Below, in pieces: positions 1 to 9,475 of a stretch of 64,000 bases of DNA. The notes beneath the pieces are model-generated. The model had not been told where the DNA came from, ran no database searches, and was given only the letters and a program-made list of their open reading frames with translations. The position numbers were made by a program, and so were the translations under genes. The stretch comes from an uncultured Chloroflexia bacterium (lineage in GTDB: Bacteria > Chloroflexota > Limnocylindria > Limnocylindrales > CSP1-4): the NCBI GenBank assembly GCA_963713975.1, contig OY970218.1:2784001-2848000 (forward strand). Reading direction: 5' to 3'. Positions within the stretch are counted from its first letter, which is position 1; each line of letters starts with the position of its first letter.

Positions 1-233
1 GGGGCTTCGGTGACTTTTGGGCGTACGCGCTCGTGGCCGAGGGTGCGGCCGAGGCCATGTTCGAGACGGGTGCCCATCCCTGGGATCTGGCGCCGATCCA
101 GGTCCTGATCGAGGAGGCCGGCGGCCGCGCGACGGACATCAACGGCGAGCGCCGGATCGATGCCCCATCCTTCGTGGGCTCCAACGGCCACCTGCACGAG
201 GAGATCCTGCGCGGGCTGCGCGCCGGGGCCTGA
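1..233 (+). CDS. Inositol monophosphatase family / histidinol-phosphatase, C-terminal fragment (5' end outside window)
   Basis: Frame from nt 3 reads GFGDFWAYALVAEGAAEAMFETGAHPWDLAPIQVLIEEAGG, the IMPase-family WD-x-A...EAGG motif with a HisN-like GDF. Confidence 0.8.
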   Translation, partial: GFGDFWAYALVAEGAAEAMFETGAHPWDLAPIQVLIEEAGGRATDINGERRIDAPSFVGSNGHLHEEILRGLRAGA

Positions 234-239
234 CCGTCG

Positions 240-1568
240 CTACGCGCCGGCCTCGTCCAGTGCCTCGACGATGATCCCCAACGCCCGGGCGACCTCCTCG
301 GCCGTCGTCACCAGCGGCGGGATGATCCGGATCACGTTGACGTAGGTGCCGGCGGTCAGCAGCAGCAGCTCCCGCTCGAAGCACGCCGCCTGCACCCGCT
401 TGGTCAACTCCGGGTTCGGTACGCGCCCATCGCCCTCGCCGGGCTTGACGAACTCCACGGCAACCATGAGCCCGAGGCCACGGACGTCACCCACGGACGG
501 ACGTCCCGCGGTCATCGCCCGCAGGCCTTCGAGCAGTTGGGCGCCGCGTTCGCGCGCGTTGGCCGCAAGGCCCTCGTCCTCTATGACGTCGAGCGTGGCG
601 AGGGCCGCGGCGCACGAGACCACGTTCCCGCCGTACGTTCCGCCGTGGGAGCCCGGCGGGAAGCGGTCCATGATCTCCTTGCGGGCGAGGATCCCCGACA
701 GGGGCAGGCCGGACGCGATGCCCTTGGCCATGACCACGATGTCCGGCTCCACGTCCCAGTGGCGGACCGCGAAGATCTCGCCGGTCCGGGCGAAGCCCGT
801 CTGGACCTCGTCCGCGATGAGCAGGATGCCGTGCCGGCGGGTGATCTCGCGCAGGCGGGGCAGGAACCCGGGCGCCGGAACGATGTACCCGCCCTCTCCG
901 ATCACCGGTTCGACGATGATGCCCGCCACCCTGTCCGGGAACACGAGCTGGTGGAACAGCAGATCCAGCTGGGCCTCCCAGTCACAGGTGCAGTCCGCGG
1001 GATCGTGGGACGTGCCCGGCGCCCGGTAGCAGTACGGATACGCCGTGTGGTAGATGGAGCCCGGCAAGGGCTCGAAGGCGCCGCGGTAGACGTCCTTGGC
1101 CGCTGTGAGGGCCATTGCCTGCGCCGTCCGGCCGTGGAAGCCGTAGCGGAACGCGATGATCGCGGGACGGCCGGTGGCGACCCGTGCCAGCTTGACGGCA
1201 GCCTCGACGGCCTCCGCTCCGGAGTTGGCCAGGAACGCCGACCAGGGCCCTCCCGGCAGGAGGTGGGCGAGACGGTCGTACAGGCGCAGGCCGGCCTCGT
1301 GGTAGACGATGTTCTGCTGGCCATGGAGGAGCTTTGCCGCCTGTGCCTGGACCGCCGCCACGACGCGCGGATGGGCGTGTCCCGTGTTGGCCACGCCGAT
1401 GCCGGACGTGTAGTCGAGGTACCGCTCGCCCTCCGGCGTCACCAGCCAGCTGCCCTCGCCGTGGTCCACGACGAGGTTGGTGATCCGGCCCCAGACGGGC
1501 GGGACGACCGCGCGGTCGGGCAGGGGAGTGGCCCCGGAGGCGGCTCCGGCGGACGGGATGGCGGTCAT
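240..1568 (-). CDS. gabT: Class III PLP aminotransferase (4-aminobutyrate/diamine aminotransferase type)
   Basis: LDYTSGIGVANTGH, NSGAEAVE, FHGRT, EPVIGEGG, ADEVQTGFARTG, PLP lysine in MAKGIASG; last gene of the polyamine ABC operon. Confidence 0.85.
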   Translation of the reverse strand: MTAIPSAGAASGATPLPDRAVVPPVWGRITNLVVDHGEGSWLVTPEGERYLDYTSGIGVANTGHAHPRVVAAVQAQAAKLLHGQQNIVYHEAGLRLYDRLAHLLPGGPWSAFLANSGAEAVEAAVKLARVATGRPAIIAFRYGFHGRTAQAMALTAAKDVYRGAFEPLPGSIYHTAYPYCYRAPGTSHDPADCTCDWEAQLDLLFHQLVFPDRVAGIIVEPVIGEGGYIVPAPGFLPRLREITRRHGILLIADEVQTGFARTGEIFAVRHWDVEPDIVVMAKGIASGLPLSGILARKEIMDRFPPGSHGGTYGGNVVSCAAALATLDVIEDEGLAANARERGAQLLEGLRAMTAGRPSVGDVRGLGLMVAVEFVKPGEGDGRVPNPELTKRVQAACFERELLLLTAGTYVNVIRIIPPLVTTAEEVARALGIIVEALDEAGA

Positions 1569-1575
1569 GGGAACC

Positions 1576-2430
1576 TCAGCGGCGGCGACGGGCGTTGAGC
1601 GTGGTCAGCAGCACGCCGCCGACCGCGACCAGGAAGATGACCGTCCCGATCACGTTGACCTGCGGCGGCACGCCGATCCGGTTCTTGGCGTAGATGAACA
1701 TCGGGAAGGTCTGTTCCTTGCCGGACGTGAAGTTCGTGATGACGAAGTCGTCGATCGACAGGCTGAACGCGAGCAGGCCGGCGGCGATGATGCCGGGCAG
1801 GATCAGCGGGAAGGTGACCTTCCAGAACGTCTGGAGCTCGTTCGCGTAGAGGTCCATCGCCGCCTCCTCGAGGTGGCGGGGGAAGCCGGAGAGCCGCGCC
1901 CGCACCGTCACGACGACGAAGCTGATGTTGAACATGATGTGGGCGATCAGGATCGTGACGGCGCTCAACGGGAAGAAGGGCTCGCTGCCGATCGAGACGA
2001 ACATGGTGAGCAGCGAGGCGCCGAGGATGATCTCCGGCGTCGCCATGGGCAGGAAGATCAGGGAGTTGCTGGCACGCCGCAGCCGGAAGTCGTAGCGCAC
2101 GAGGGCGAGGGCGATCAGCGTGCCCAGCGCCGTGGCGATGATCGTCGACAGGAAGGCGATCATAAGGCTCAGGCCTACGGATTCCGGCAGCCCATCTACC
2201 GCGAACGGGCTGAGCCAGTACTTCACGGTAAAGCCCTGCCACACGACGTTGCTCTTGCCCGCCGGGTCGTTGAAGCTGAACAGGATCACGATCGCGACCG
2301 GCAGCATCAGGTAGATGACCGCGAGGATCGTGTACACGATCAGCAGGTAGCGGTCGACGAAGCGGCGCGCCATGATGCTGACGCCCGACGGTCGGACCGG
2401 GGCGGGCGCGGGTGCAGGAGCGGCCGTCAC
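1576..2430 (-). CDS. potC: Spermidine/putrescine ABC transporter permease
   Basis: Multi-TM protein with EAA loop EEAAMDLYA and FSLSIDDFVIT. GTG start at 2430 lies just after the potB stop; the ORF-track start at 2478 would overlap potB. Confidence 0.88.
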   Translation of the reverse strand: MTAAPAPAPAPVRPSGVSIMARRFVDRYLLIVYTILAVIYLMLPVAIVILFSFNDPAGKSNVVWQGFTVKYWLSPFAVDGLPESVGLSLMIAFLSTIIATALGTLIALALVRYDFRLRRASNSLIFLPMATPEIILGASLLTMFVSIGSEPFFPLSAVTILIAHIMFNISFVVVTVRARLSGFPRHLEEAAMDLYANELQTFWKVTFPLILPGIIAAGLLAFSLSIDDFVITNFTSGKEQTFPMFIYAKNRIGVPPQVNVIGTVIFLVAVGGVLLTTLNARRRR

Positions 2431-2431
2431 C

Positions 2432-3445
2432 TCACAGCCTCCCCGTGGAGACGTCTTCGGTGCCCAGGGCGCGGGCATAGATGGCCACCACCACCAGGAC
2501 GCCGGCCATGAGCATGAACGAGAGGGCGGCGGCCGTCGGGTAGTCGTTCTGGGTGAGGAACTTGTTCTGGATGACGTTGCCGATCATCCGTGTGCTCGGG
2601 TTGCCCAGGAACTCGGCATTGACGTAGTCACCGATGGCCGGGATGAAGGTCAGCAGGGAGCCGGCAAACACGCCCGGAAGCGATAGCGGAAAGGTCACCC
2701 TGATGAACGACTCGGAGATCAGGAACCAGCCAGTCAGGGCTCCGGCAGAGCCGAACACGACCGCCATGACGGGCCACGACCAGTCGAAGATGACGCCCAG
2801 CACGGACCCGAGCGCCGCGGCGACGATGCCGCCCACGATGGCGCCCCCGGGTCGCCATGGCCCTGCGTACAGGTCCTTGGCGGCCTCTACCAGGCGCGGG
2901 TCCACCTTCTCGATGGCGACGTAGATCGGCAGGGTCATGAAGGGCAGGAAGTTGTAGGTGATGCCCGAGATCACGGCCACGGGCGTCGCGAGCAGTCGGA
3001 AGTCCTCGGGCATCAAGCCGATGCCCTTGAGCGGTCCGAGGAGCACCCCGCTGTCGCTGAGGATGATCTTCCAGGCGATCGTCCGCAGCAGGAAGCTCGT
3101 GAAGAAGGGGGCGACGACCAGGAACAGCAGCAGGTTCTTCTGGGTGCCGCCCTTGGTGGCGATGGTGTAGGCCAGGGGGTAGGCGATGAGGAACGTGAGC
3201 AGCGTCGCCGCACCCGCGTAGACGATGGATCGCCCGTAGTACGGGGCGAACTGGTCGAGGGCCTCCGTGTAGTTCGTGTAGTTCTCGAGGGAGAAGGTGA
3301 ACCCGGTCTCGAGCGTCCCACTCCAGAAGCTCGCGATGAACATCTGGATGCCCGGGTACACGTAGAAGACGGTCAACCACAGCATGCCCGGCGCCAGGAG
3401 GGCATACGGGACGATCCAGGAGTGGCGCTTCAGCCAGACGCCCAC
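2432..3445 (-). CDS. potB: Spermidine/putrescine ABC transporter permease with an insertion in the EAA loop
   Basis: LIAYPLAY, PFFTSFLLRTIAW, YNFLPFMTLPIY, EAAKDLYA, FIPAIGDYV. Confidence 0.88.
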   Translation of the reverse strand: MGVWLKRHSWIVPYALLAPGMLWLTVFYVYPGIQMFIASFWSGTLETGFTFSLENYTNYTEALDQFAPYYGRSIVYAGAATLLTFLIAYPLAYTIATKGGTQKNLLLFLVVAPFFTSFLLRTIAWKIILSDSGVLLGPLKGIGLMPEDFRLLATPVAVISGITYNFLPFMTLPIYVAIEKVDPRLVEAAKDLYAGPWRPGGAIVGGIVAAALGSVLGVIFDWSWPVMAVVFGSAGALTGWFLISESFIRVTFPLSLPGVFAGSLLTFIPAIGDYVNAEFLGNPSTRMIGNVIQNKFLTQNDYPTAAALSFMLMAGVLVVVAIYARALGTEDVSTGRL

Positions 3446-3481
3446 GTGGGGACCTCGTGCGGGACCTGCGGCGGCCTGTGA

Positions 3482-4690
3482 TCAGCCGACGCCGAGAACC
3501 TTGGCGAACTGCTCGTTGAAGTAGATCTCCTGCTCTTCGGTGAGGGCTCCGAAGATGTGCAACCGGTCCACCCATTCCGCGGGCGGGTTGATCAGCGGGC
3601 TGTCCTTCTTCTCGGACGGCAGCAGCTCGTCCGAGCCCTTGACCGGGGAGATGTAGTCGACGGCCCCGGAGACGGCGGCAGAGACCTCGGGATCGTAGTA
3701 GTAGTTGACCAGCAGCTCCGCGGTTCCCTTGTGGGCGGCACCCTTGGGAATCATCATGTGGTCCGACCACAGCATCCCGCCCTCGCTCGCCAGCGCGAAC
3801 GCGAGGCTGGCCTTGTCGATCTGGGCCTGCACCATGTCGCCTGACCAGGCCATCGAGAGCACGGCGTCACCGCTCTTGAGGTCCTCCGTGTAGGACTGGC
3901 CCTTGACGTCGCGGATGATGCCGTCGGCCTTGGCCTGCTCCATCAGGGCAACCGCCTTGTCGGCGTCCTCGTTGGTGGGCACAGCCGGGTCGAGGCCCAG
4001 GTAGAGCATCGAGAGTCCGATCGCGTCTCTCATCTCGCTCAGGTACTCCACCTTGCCGTTCCACTTCGGGTCCGAGGTGAACAGCGGCGCCAGGGACGTG
4101 ATGTCGCCGACCTTGTCCGAGTCGAAGCCGACACCAGTCATGCCGGAGCGCCACGGGGCGTGGTGTTGCACGTCTGGATCCCAGTCGACGGCCTTATAGA
4201 CGTCCTTGATGTTCGCGATCAGGTTGGCGACATTCTCCGGGTTGAAGGCCTCGATCCAGCCGAGCCGGATGAGCTTGGCGGCCATCCAGTCCGTGAGGGT
4301 GATGATGTCCCAGCCGGTGTCCTTGCCCGTGTTCAGCGCGTCCTTGATGGTCGCGACGAACTCGTCGTTGCCCTCGATGACCTCCTCGTAGTGCACCACC
4401 GTGCCGTACTCGGCGGTGAACCCTTCGATCGTCGGATGCTTGGTCGGGTCGTTCTCGTCGATGTCGATGTAGTAGGACCAGTTGGCCCAGTTGAGCTCAG
4501 GCGACGGCGTGGCAGGACCGGCAACCCCGGCCGACGCCACCGGCGTCGCGGCCGCGCCGCTGGCCGGCGCCTCTGATGCCGTGCCCTTGGTGCCACAGGC
4601 CGCGATGAAAGCCGCGACGCCGGCAAGGGCGCTGCCCGCGAGGACGCGCCGGCGGCTGATAGGAATGGTGGACAGGGTCTCGCGAACCAC
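3482..4690 (-). CDS. potD: Polyamine ABC substrate-binding lipoprotein with Tat-type signal
   Basis: GTG 4690 preceded by GAGGAGGAG; SRRRVL twin-arginine motif and lipobox IAAC; LNWANWSYYID, MAWSGD, EGGMLWSDHMMIPKGA. Confidence 0.87.
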   Translation of the reverse strand: MVRETLSTIPISRRRVLAGSALAGVAAFIAACGTKGTASEAPASGAAATPVASAGVAGPATPSPELNWANWSYYIDIDENDPTKHPTIEGFTAEYGTVVHYEEVIEGNDEFVATIKDALNTGKDTGWDIITLTDWMAAKLIRLGWIEAFNPENVANLIANIKDVYKAVDWDPDVQHHAPWRSGMTGVGFDSDKVGDITSLAPLFTSDPKWNGKVEYLSEMRDAIGLSMLYLGLDPAVPTNEDADKAVALMEQAKADGIIRDVKGQSYTEDLKSGDAVLSMAWSGDMVQAQIDKASLAFALASEGGMLWSDHMMIPKGAAHKGTAELLVNYYYDPEVSAAVSGAVDYISPVKGSDELLPSEKKDSPLINPPAEWVDRLHIFGALTEEQEIYFNEQFAKVLGVG

Positions 4691-4713
4691 CGTTGTCTCC
4701 TCCTCGTGCCCGG

Positions 4714-5841
4714 TTACTCGGCGCTCTCGCCTGCTGGATCGCTGGACGCTTCGACGACGAAGGTGTGGTCCGGCGACCAGGTCAGGTGGACCTTGTCGCC
4801 CCGCGCCCACAACTCGGCACGCGACGCCCGTTCGATGTTCTGCTCGTACACCATCACGCGGGACCCGCTGCGCGTCTCCACGATGTACTGGGTGCTGACG
4901 CCGATGTACGAGGCGTCGACCACGGTGCCATCGAGATGGTTGTGCTGGTCGGGCGTCGGCTCGCCCTCCTCGTGGAGCCGGATCTTCTCCGGTCGCACGC
5001 CGACATCCACCGAGGTCCGGCCGTAGACGGCCTCGGCCGATGACCTGACGACGGTCCCGTCGCGCAGGCGGATCATGCCAAACTCGCCGTCGGCGCCCTC
5101 GCAGGTGCCGTCGAGCAGGTTGCTCACTCCGAGGAAGCCCGCCACGAACCTGGTCGTCGGCCGTTCGTAGAGCGTGGCCGGGTCCCCGAGCTGCTCGTAG
5201 TGGCCCTTGTTCATGACGGCGATCCGATCCGACATCGTCATCGCCTCCTCCTGGTCGTGGGTCACGTAGATGAACGTGATCCCGACGCCCTGCTGGATGC
5301 GCTTGAGCTCCACCTGCATCTGCTTGCGCAGCTTGAGGTCGAGGGCGCCCAGCGGCTCGTCCAGGAGCAGCACGGCCGGCCGGTTGATGAGGGCCCGCGC
5401 GAGGGCGACGCGCTGGGCCTGGCCACCCGAGATCTGGGTCGGCTTGCGCTTCTCGTACCCCGGCAGCTCCACCAGCTCCAGCATGTCCGTGACGCGGGCC
5501 TTGATCTCCGAGTCCTTGACGCCAGTCCGGCGGAGGCCGAAGGCGACGTTCTCGTAGATGGTGAGATGCGGGAACAGGGCGTAGTTCTGGAAGACCGTGT
5601 TGACGTGGCGCTGGTAGGGGGGAAGCCACGTCACGTCGGCGCCCTGGAGCTCGATCAGGCCGGACGTGGGCTGCTCGAAGCCGCCGATCATGCGCAGGGT
5701 GGTCGTCTTGCCACAGCCTGACGGGCCGAGGAGGCTGAAGAACTCCCCGTTGGCCACGTCGAGGTCGATGTGGTCGACCGCAAGGACGTCCCCGTACGCC
5801 TTCGTGACCTGGACGAGGCGGACGTCAATGTCGCTAGGCAC
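4714..5841 (-). CDS. potA: Polyamine ABC transporter ATP-binding protein
   Basis: Walker A GPSGCGKTT, NTVFQNYALFPHL, ISGGQAQR, LLLDEP, C-terminal TOBE-like region. Start placed at GTG 5841, downstream of GGAG and of the predicted promoter. Confidence 0.92.
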   Translation of the reverse strand: MPSDIDVRLVQVTKAYGDVLAVDHIDLDVANGEFFSLLGPSGCGKTTTLRMIGGFEQPTSGLIELQGADVTWLPPYQRHVNTVFQNYALFPHLTIYENVAFGLRRTGVKDSEIKARVTDMLELVELPGYEKRKPTQISGGQAQRVALARALINRPAVLLLDEPLGALDLKLRKQMQVELKRIQQGVGITFIYVTHDQEEAMTMSDRIAVMNKGHYEQLGDPATLYERPTTRFVAGFLGVSNLLDGTCEGADGEFGMIRLRDGTVVRSSAEAVYGRTSVDVGVRPEKIRLHEEGEPTPDQHNHLDGTVVDASYIGVSTQYIVETRSGSRVMVYEQNIERASRAELWARGDKVHLTWSPDHTFVVEASSDPAGESAE

Positions 5842-5947
5842 GGGTCGAGGTCGCTCCAGCACCGGGGTGACACGGGGAGGCGCGTGAGTGGGACGAACTC
5901 CGGCGCTTGTCGCAACGACGATGCGTTGTGCCCCTCTGGCCGGACGC

Positions 5948-5977
5948 ACCATAGGTTGGACCACGCCCGGGTGTCAA
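5948..5977 (-). promoter_or_regulatory. Sigma70-type promoter of the pot-gabT operon
   Basis: Minus strand TTGACA (5977-5972), 18-nt spacer, TATGGT (5953-5948); inverted repeat AGGCGAC-gaa-GTCGCCT at 5977-5993 abuts the -35. Confidence 0.65.
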
Positions 5978-6220
5978 GGCGACGAAGTCGCCTCCCAGGG
6001 GCCAGGCGATGTGCGATATTCGTACGTCTGCCTTGCTCGGGCATGGGTAGTTCGCAGGGCACCGATGCCGGGCTGACCCATGGCAGGCGCCGCGACCAAC
6101 CGCCTGCGGCCAGCGTGGCGGCGGCTCCTCGGCGTGGTGACGGGGGCGCGGGTACGATATTGGCGGCCCGCGCGTCGTCAGTCCTCGGGCCGTCCGTCCC
6201 GCAGCAGCGAGTCTGAGCCC

Positions 6221-7297
6221 ATGAGCGTCATCACCGAGGCCGGTGTCCTGGCCGCCCTCCGCACCGTCCAGGAGCCCGAGCTGGGCGGCGATCTGGTGAC
6301 CCGGAACATGATCCGGGACATCGTCATCGACGGATCCGCGGTCTCGTTCACGATCGAGCTGACGACCCCGGCCTGTCCGCTCAAGGACCAGATCGAGGGG
6401 GAGGTCCGGCGCGCCCTGGAGCCGGTCGGCGTCGCGGATCCCGTGATCACCTGGGGTGCCGCAGTCCGTCGGGCCACGCCCCGCACGGCGGAGCAGCTGG
6501 TGCCCGGCGTCAAGAACGTCATCGCGGTCGCGTCGGGCAAGGGCGGCGTCGGCAAGAGCACGGTGTCGGTCAACCTCGCCGTCGCGCTCGCCAGGGCCGG
6601 CGCCTCGGTCGGGCTGCTCGATGCGGACATCACCGGCCCCAACATCCCGATGATGCTGGGCCTCGAAGGCCAGCCCACCTCGAGCGAGAACAACAAGATC
6701 GTGCCGCTGGAGCGCCACGGCGTGAAGGCCATATCGATCCAGTTCTTCGTGCCCGAGGGCCAGCCCATCGTCTGGCGCGGCCCGCTCATCGGGGGCGCCA
6801 TCAGCCAGTTCCTGCGTGACGTGGAGTGGGGCGAGCTCGACTACCTCGTGGTGGACCTGCCGCCCGGCACGTCGGACGCGCAGCTCACGCTGGCCCAGGC
6901 CGTGCCCATCAGCGGCACGGTGCTCGTGACGACGCCCCAGGACGTGGCGCTCTCCGACGTGGGCCGGGCGCTGTCGATGCTGCGCAGGCTCAACGTGCCG
7001 GTCATCGGGATCGTCGAGAACATGAGCGCGTTCGTCTGCCCGCACTGCGGCGAGGCGACGGAGATCTTCGGGCACGGAGGTGGCGAGCGGTTCGCGACCG
7101 AGAACGGGATCGACTTCCTGGGCAAGGTCCCGCTCGACGTCACCGTGCGCCAGGGCGGCGACGCCGGGATCCCGGCGGTGGCCCAGCGCGATCCCGGTCC
7201 GGCGGCCCAGGCCCTGGAGGCGGTGGCCGGGCTCGTCGCCGCGAGCATGAGCGTGCGGGCCGCATCCGCTCAGGCGCCGGTCCTGTCCGTCACCTAG
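6221..7297 (+). CDS. apbC: Mrp/NBP35 (ApbC) Fe-S cluster carrier ATPase
   Basis: N-terminal DUF59-like LTTPACP, ASGKGGVGKST, DADITGPN, WRGP, DLPPGTSD, ENMS-x-F-x-CPHC. Start ATG 6221. Confidence 0.92.
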   Translation: MSVITEAGVLAALRTVQEPELGGDLVTRNMIRDIVIDGSAVSFTIELTTPACPLKDQIEGEVRRALEPVGVADPVITWGAAVRRATPRTAEQLVPGVKNVIAVASGKGGVGKSTVSVNLAVALARAGASVGLLDADITGPNIPMMLGLEGQPTSSENNKIVPLERHGVKAISIQFFVPEGQPIVWRGPLIGGAISQFLRDVEWGELDYLVVDLPPGTSDAQLTLAQAVPISGTVLVTTPQDVALSDVGRALSMLRRLNVPVIGIVENMSAFVCPHCGEATEIFGHGGGERFATENGIDFLGKVPLDVTVRQGGDAGIPAVAQRDPGPAAQALEAVAGLVAASMSVRAASAQAPVLSVT

Positions 7298-7358
7298 GGC
7301 CGGCGATCCCCGGCCACGCGCGTCACGTGCCGGGGTCCGGCTCGGCTACGATCCGGTC

Positions 7359-8096
7359 ATGAGCCAGGGACGTCAACCCGTGGATCCGGTCGCCATGCGC
7401 GACGCCCTCGAGAGCGTGCCCATGTTCCGGGACCTCCCGGAGGCGGACCTGGTGGCGCTGGCTGCCGGTCTTCGGACGCGGCGCTACCGGCGGGCGGAGG
7501 TGATCTTCCACCAGGGCGACCCGGGTGACGCGCTGCACATCATCCTGTCCGGGCGCGTGAAGATCTCCAGCCCATCCGAGACGGGCGTCGAGGCAATCCT
7601 GACCACCCTGCGGCCCGGCGAGTTCTTCGGGTCGCTGGCGCTGCTGGACGGCGAGCCGAGATCGGCCACCGCGACCGCCGTCGATCCCACCGAGACGCTC
7701 ATCCTGCCGCGCGACCGCTTCCGGCAGCTTCTGAACGACCGGCCGGAGGTTCGGGACCACGTGTTCGCCGAGCTTGCCGGCGAGCTCCGACGGCTCACGA
7801 ACCACGTCGAGGAGCTGCACTTCCTGGACATCGCCGGCCGCCTCGCCGCGCAGCTCGCCCGGATGGCCGAGGCGCAGGTGGGAGATGCCGCCGCCGATGC
7901 ACCCGGCGGGGTGGTCGGCGAGATCCGGCTGGATGGCCCGATCACACAGGGCGAGCTCGCCGCGATGGTCGGCAGCACGCGCCAGAGCGTGAACAAGCTG
8001 CTCGGCTACCTCACGGATGACGGCTTGATCCGCATCGAACGCGATGCGATCGTCGTGGTGGACCTGGCGGCCCTCCAGCGCGCCGCGCGCCGCTAG
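7359..8096 (+). CDS. Crp/Fnr family transcriptional regulator
   Basis: cNMP-binding domain (IFHQGDPGD...GEFFG...PRSAT) and C-terminal HTH ITQGELAAMVGSTRQSVNK. Confidence 0.9.
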   Translation: MSQGRQPVDPVAMRDALESVPMFRDLPEADLVALAAGLRTRRYRRAEVIFHQGDPGDALHIILSGRVKISSPSETGVEAILTTLRPGEFFGSLALLDGEPRSATATAVDPTETLILPRDRFRQLLNDRPEVRDHVFAELAGELRRLTNHVEELHFLDIAGRLAAQLARMAEAQVGDAAADAPGGVVGEIRLDGPITQGELAAMVGSTRQSVNKLLGYLTDDGLIRIERDAIVVVDLAALQRAARR

Positions 8097-8114
8097 GCGA
8101 GGGTCGCCGCCGGG

Positions 8115-9323
8115 TCAGTCGCCGGGTCGGCCGGCGTCCGCGGCTCTCAGGGTCTCGAGGAGCACGGCGGCGCCGGCGATCGCGGCGCGATCGGCGCCCT
8201 GGGCCCCACGCTGGAAGGCGAGGCGCTCGTCGACATCGGTGCCGTCAGGAGTCGCGACACCGATGATCACGCGCGTGTCGACCTCGCGGGCTACGGCGTG
8301 GATCGCGAAGCCGACGTCGGCTCCGCTGATGGCCCGGACGCGCTCGGCCTCGCCGGCGATCGCGGCGGGGTCGGCATCGTCGTTGTGGACCTCGGCCAGC
8401 CGGATGGCTGACAGTCCGCGCAGCAGTGCGACCAGGGCCCCGGCGGTCGCGCGCTCGCTGGTGGCCAGCGTCCAGCCACGGGCGGCGAGTGCCTCGCCGA
8501 TGGCAGCGGCCCAGGTGGTGCTGCCGCGCGACCACACGAAGCGTCCGAGTGCCGCCGTCACGGCGGTCTCGGCCTCGTCCGCGAGGTCCACCGCTGCCCG
8601 CAGGTGCCCAGCGCGGGCGCTGATCCTGACGTCCACCGCCTCGTGGCGTGCGTAGGTCGCCACGACCGGGTTGGTGGCCCGGAGCAGGGTCTCGCCCAGC
8701 GTCTCCGCAACCTGCGATTCCCCGACGCCGTGGAGTCGCAGGGTCCTCACGACCAGGTCGCCACCGACACCTCGATCGGCGAGTCGCGGCAGGACCTGCT
8801 CCGTCCACATCGGGCGCATCTCGCGCGGCGGGCCGGGGAGCGTGACGACGACGCGGCCGTCGGGGCGGTCGACCCACCACCCGGGAGCGGTGCCGTGCGG
8901 GTTGGGCAGCGACGTGGCCGACGGGATCGTCCATGCCTGCTTCACGTTCACGGACGGGAACGGGTGCCCGCGGCGGGCCCACAGGCCCTCGAGCCACGAG
9001 AGGGTCTCCTGGTCCACGGCCACAGTCTCGCCACAAGCCTCGGCCACCGCCTCGCGGGTCAGGTCGTCGGGTGTCGGCCCAAGCCCGCCGGTGGTCACGA
9101 CGAGGTCCGCACGCCCCAGGGCCGTGCGGAGGGCGTCCACGACGACGGCGAGGTCGTCGGGCAGGTCCGAGATGCGTGTGACGGCGACACCGTGGGCGAC
9201 GAGCGATCTGGCCAGGTCGCCACTGTTCGTGTCCGTGGTCTCACCCACGGTCAGCTCGGAGCCGACGGCGAGGAGCTCGGCGGTCAGGACGCGGCGGACG
9301 GCGGCGGGAGATCGGTCGGTCAT
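8115..9323 (-). CDS. cinA: CinA family protein (MoCF-like pyrophosphatase domain plus degenerate PncC domain)
   Basis: VGSELTVGETTDTNS, TTGGLGPTPDDLTRE, NPHGTAPG, LPGPPREM, GVGES. Confidence 0.88.
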   Translation of the reverse strand: MTDRSPAAVRRVLTAELLAVGSELTVGETTDTNSGDLARSLVAHGVAVTRISDLPDDLAVVVDALRTALGRADLVVTTGGLGPTPDDLTREAVAEACGETVAVDQETLSWLEGLWARRGHPFPSVNVKQAWTIPSATSLPNPHGTAPGWWVDRPDGRVVVTLPGPPREMRPMWTEQVLPRLADRGVGGDLVVRTLRLHGVGESQVAETLGETLLRATNPVVATYARHEAVDVRISARAGHLRAAVDLADEAETAVTAALGRFVWSRGSTTWAAAIGEALAARGWTLATSERATAGALVALLRGLSAIRLAEVHNDDADPAAIAGEAERVRAISGADVGFAIHAVAREVDTRVIIGVATPDGTDVDERLAFQRGAQGADRAAIAGAAVLLETLRAADAGRPGD

Positions 9324-9475
9324 GATCTGGAGCGTACCCCGGCGTCGGTGGTCGCGCCCCGTCGCCCGGGCGTCGCGATCGGCCAGTGCGCGCGCGTCGC
9401 CCGGCCGCCCGGTTCGGCGCTGGTATCATGGCGCCAAGTCCCTGAGCCGCTCAGCCCCTTCCGGGAGGACGACCG

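Noticed and set aside
3482-5629. 715-aa ORF suggesting a PotD fusion
   Set aside because: The upstream part is an off-frame overlap with potA; a ribosome-binding site and Tat/lipoprotein signal define the start at 4690.
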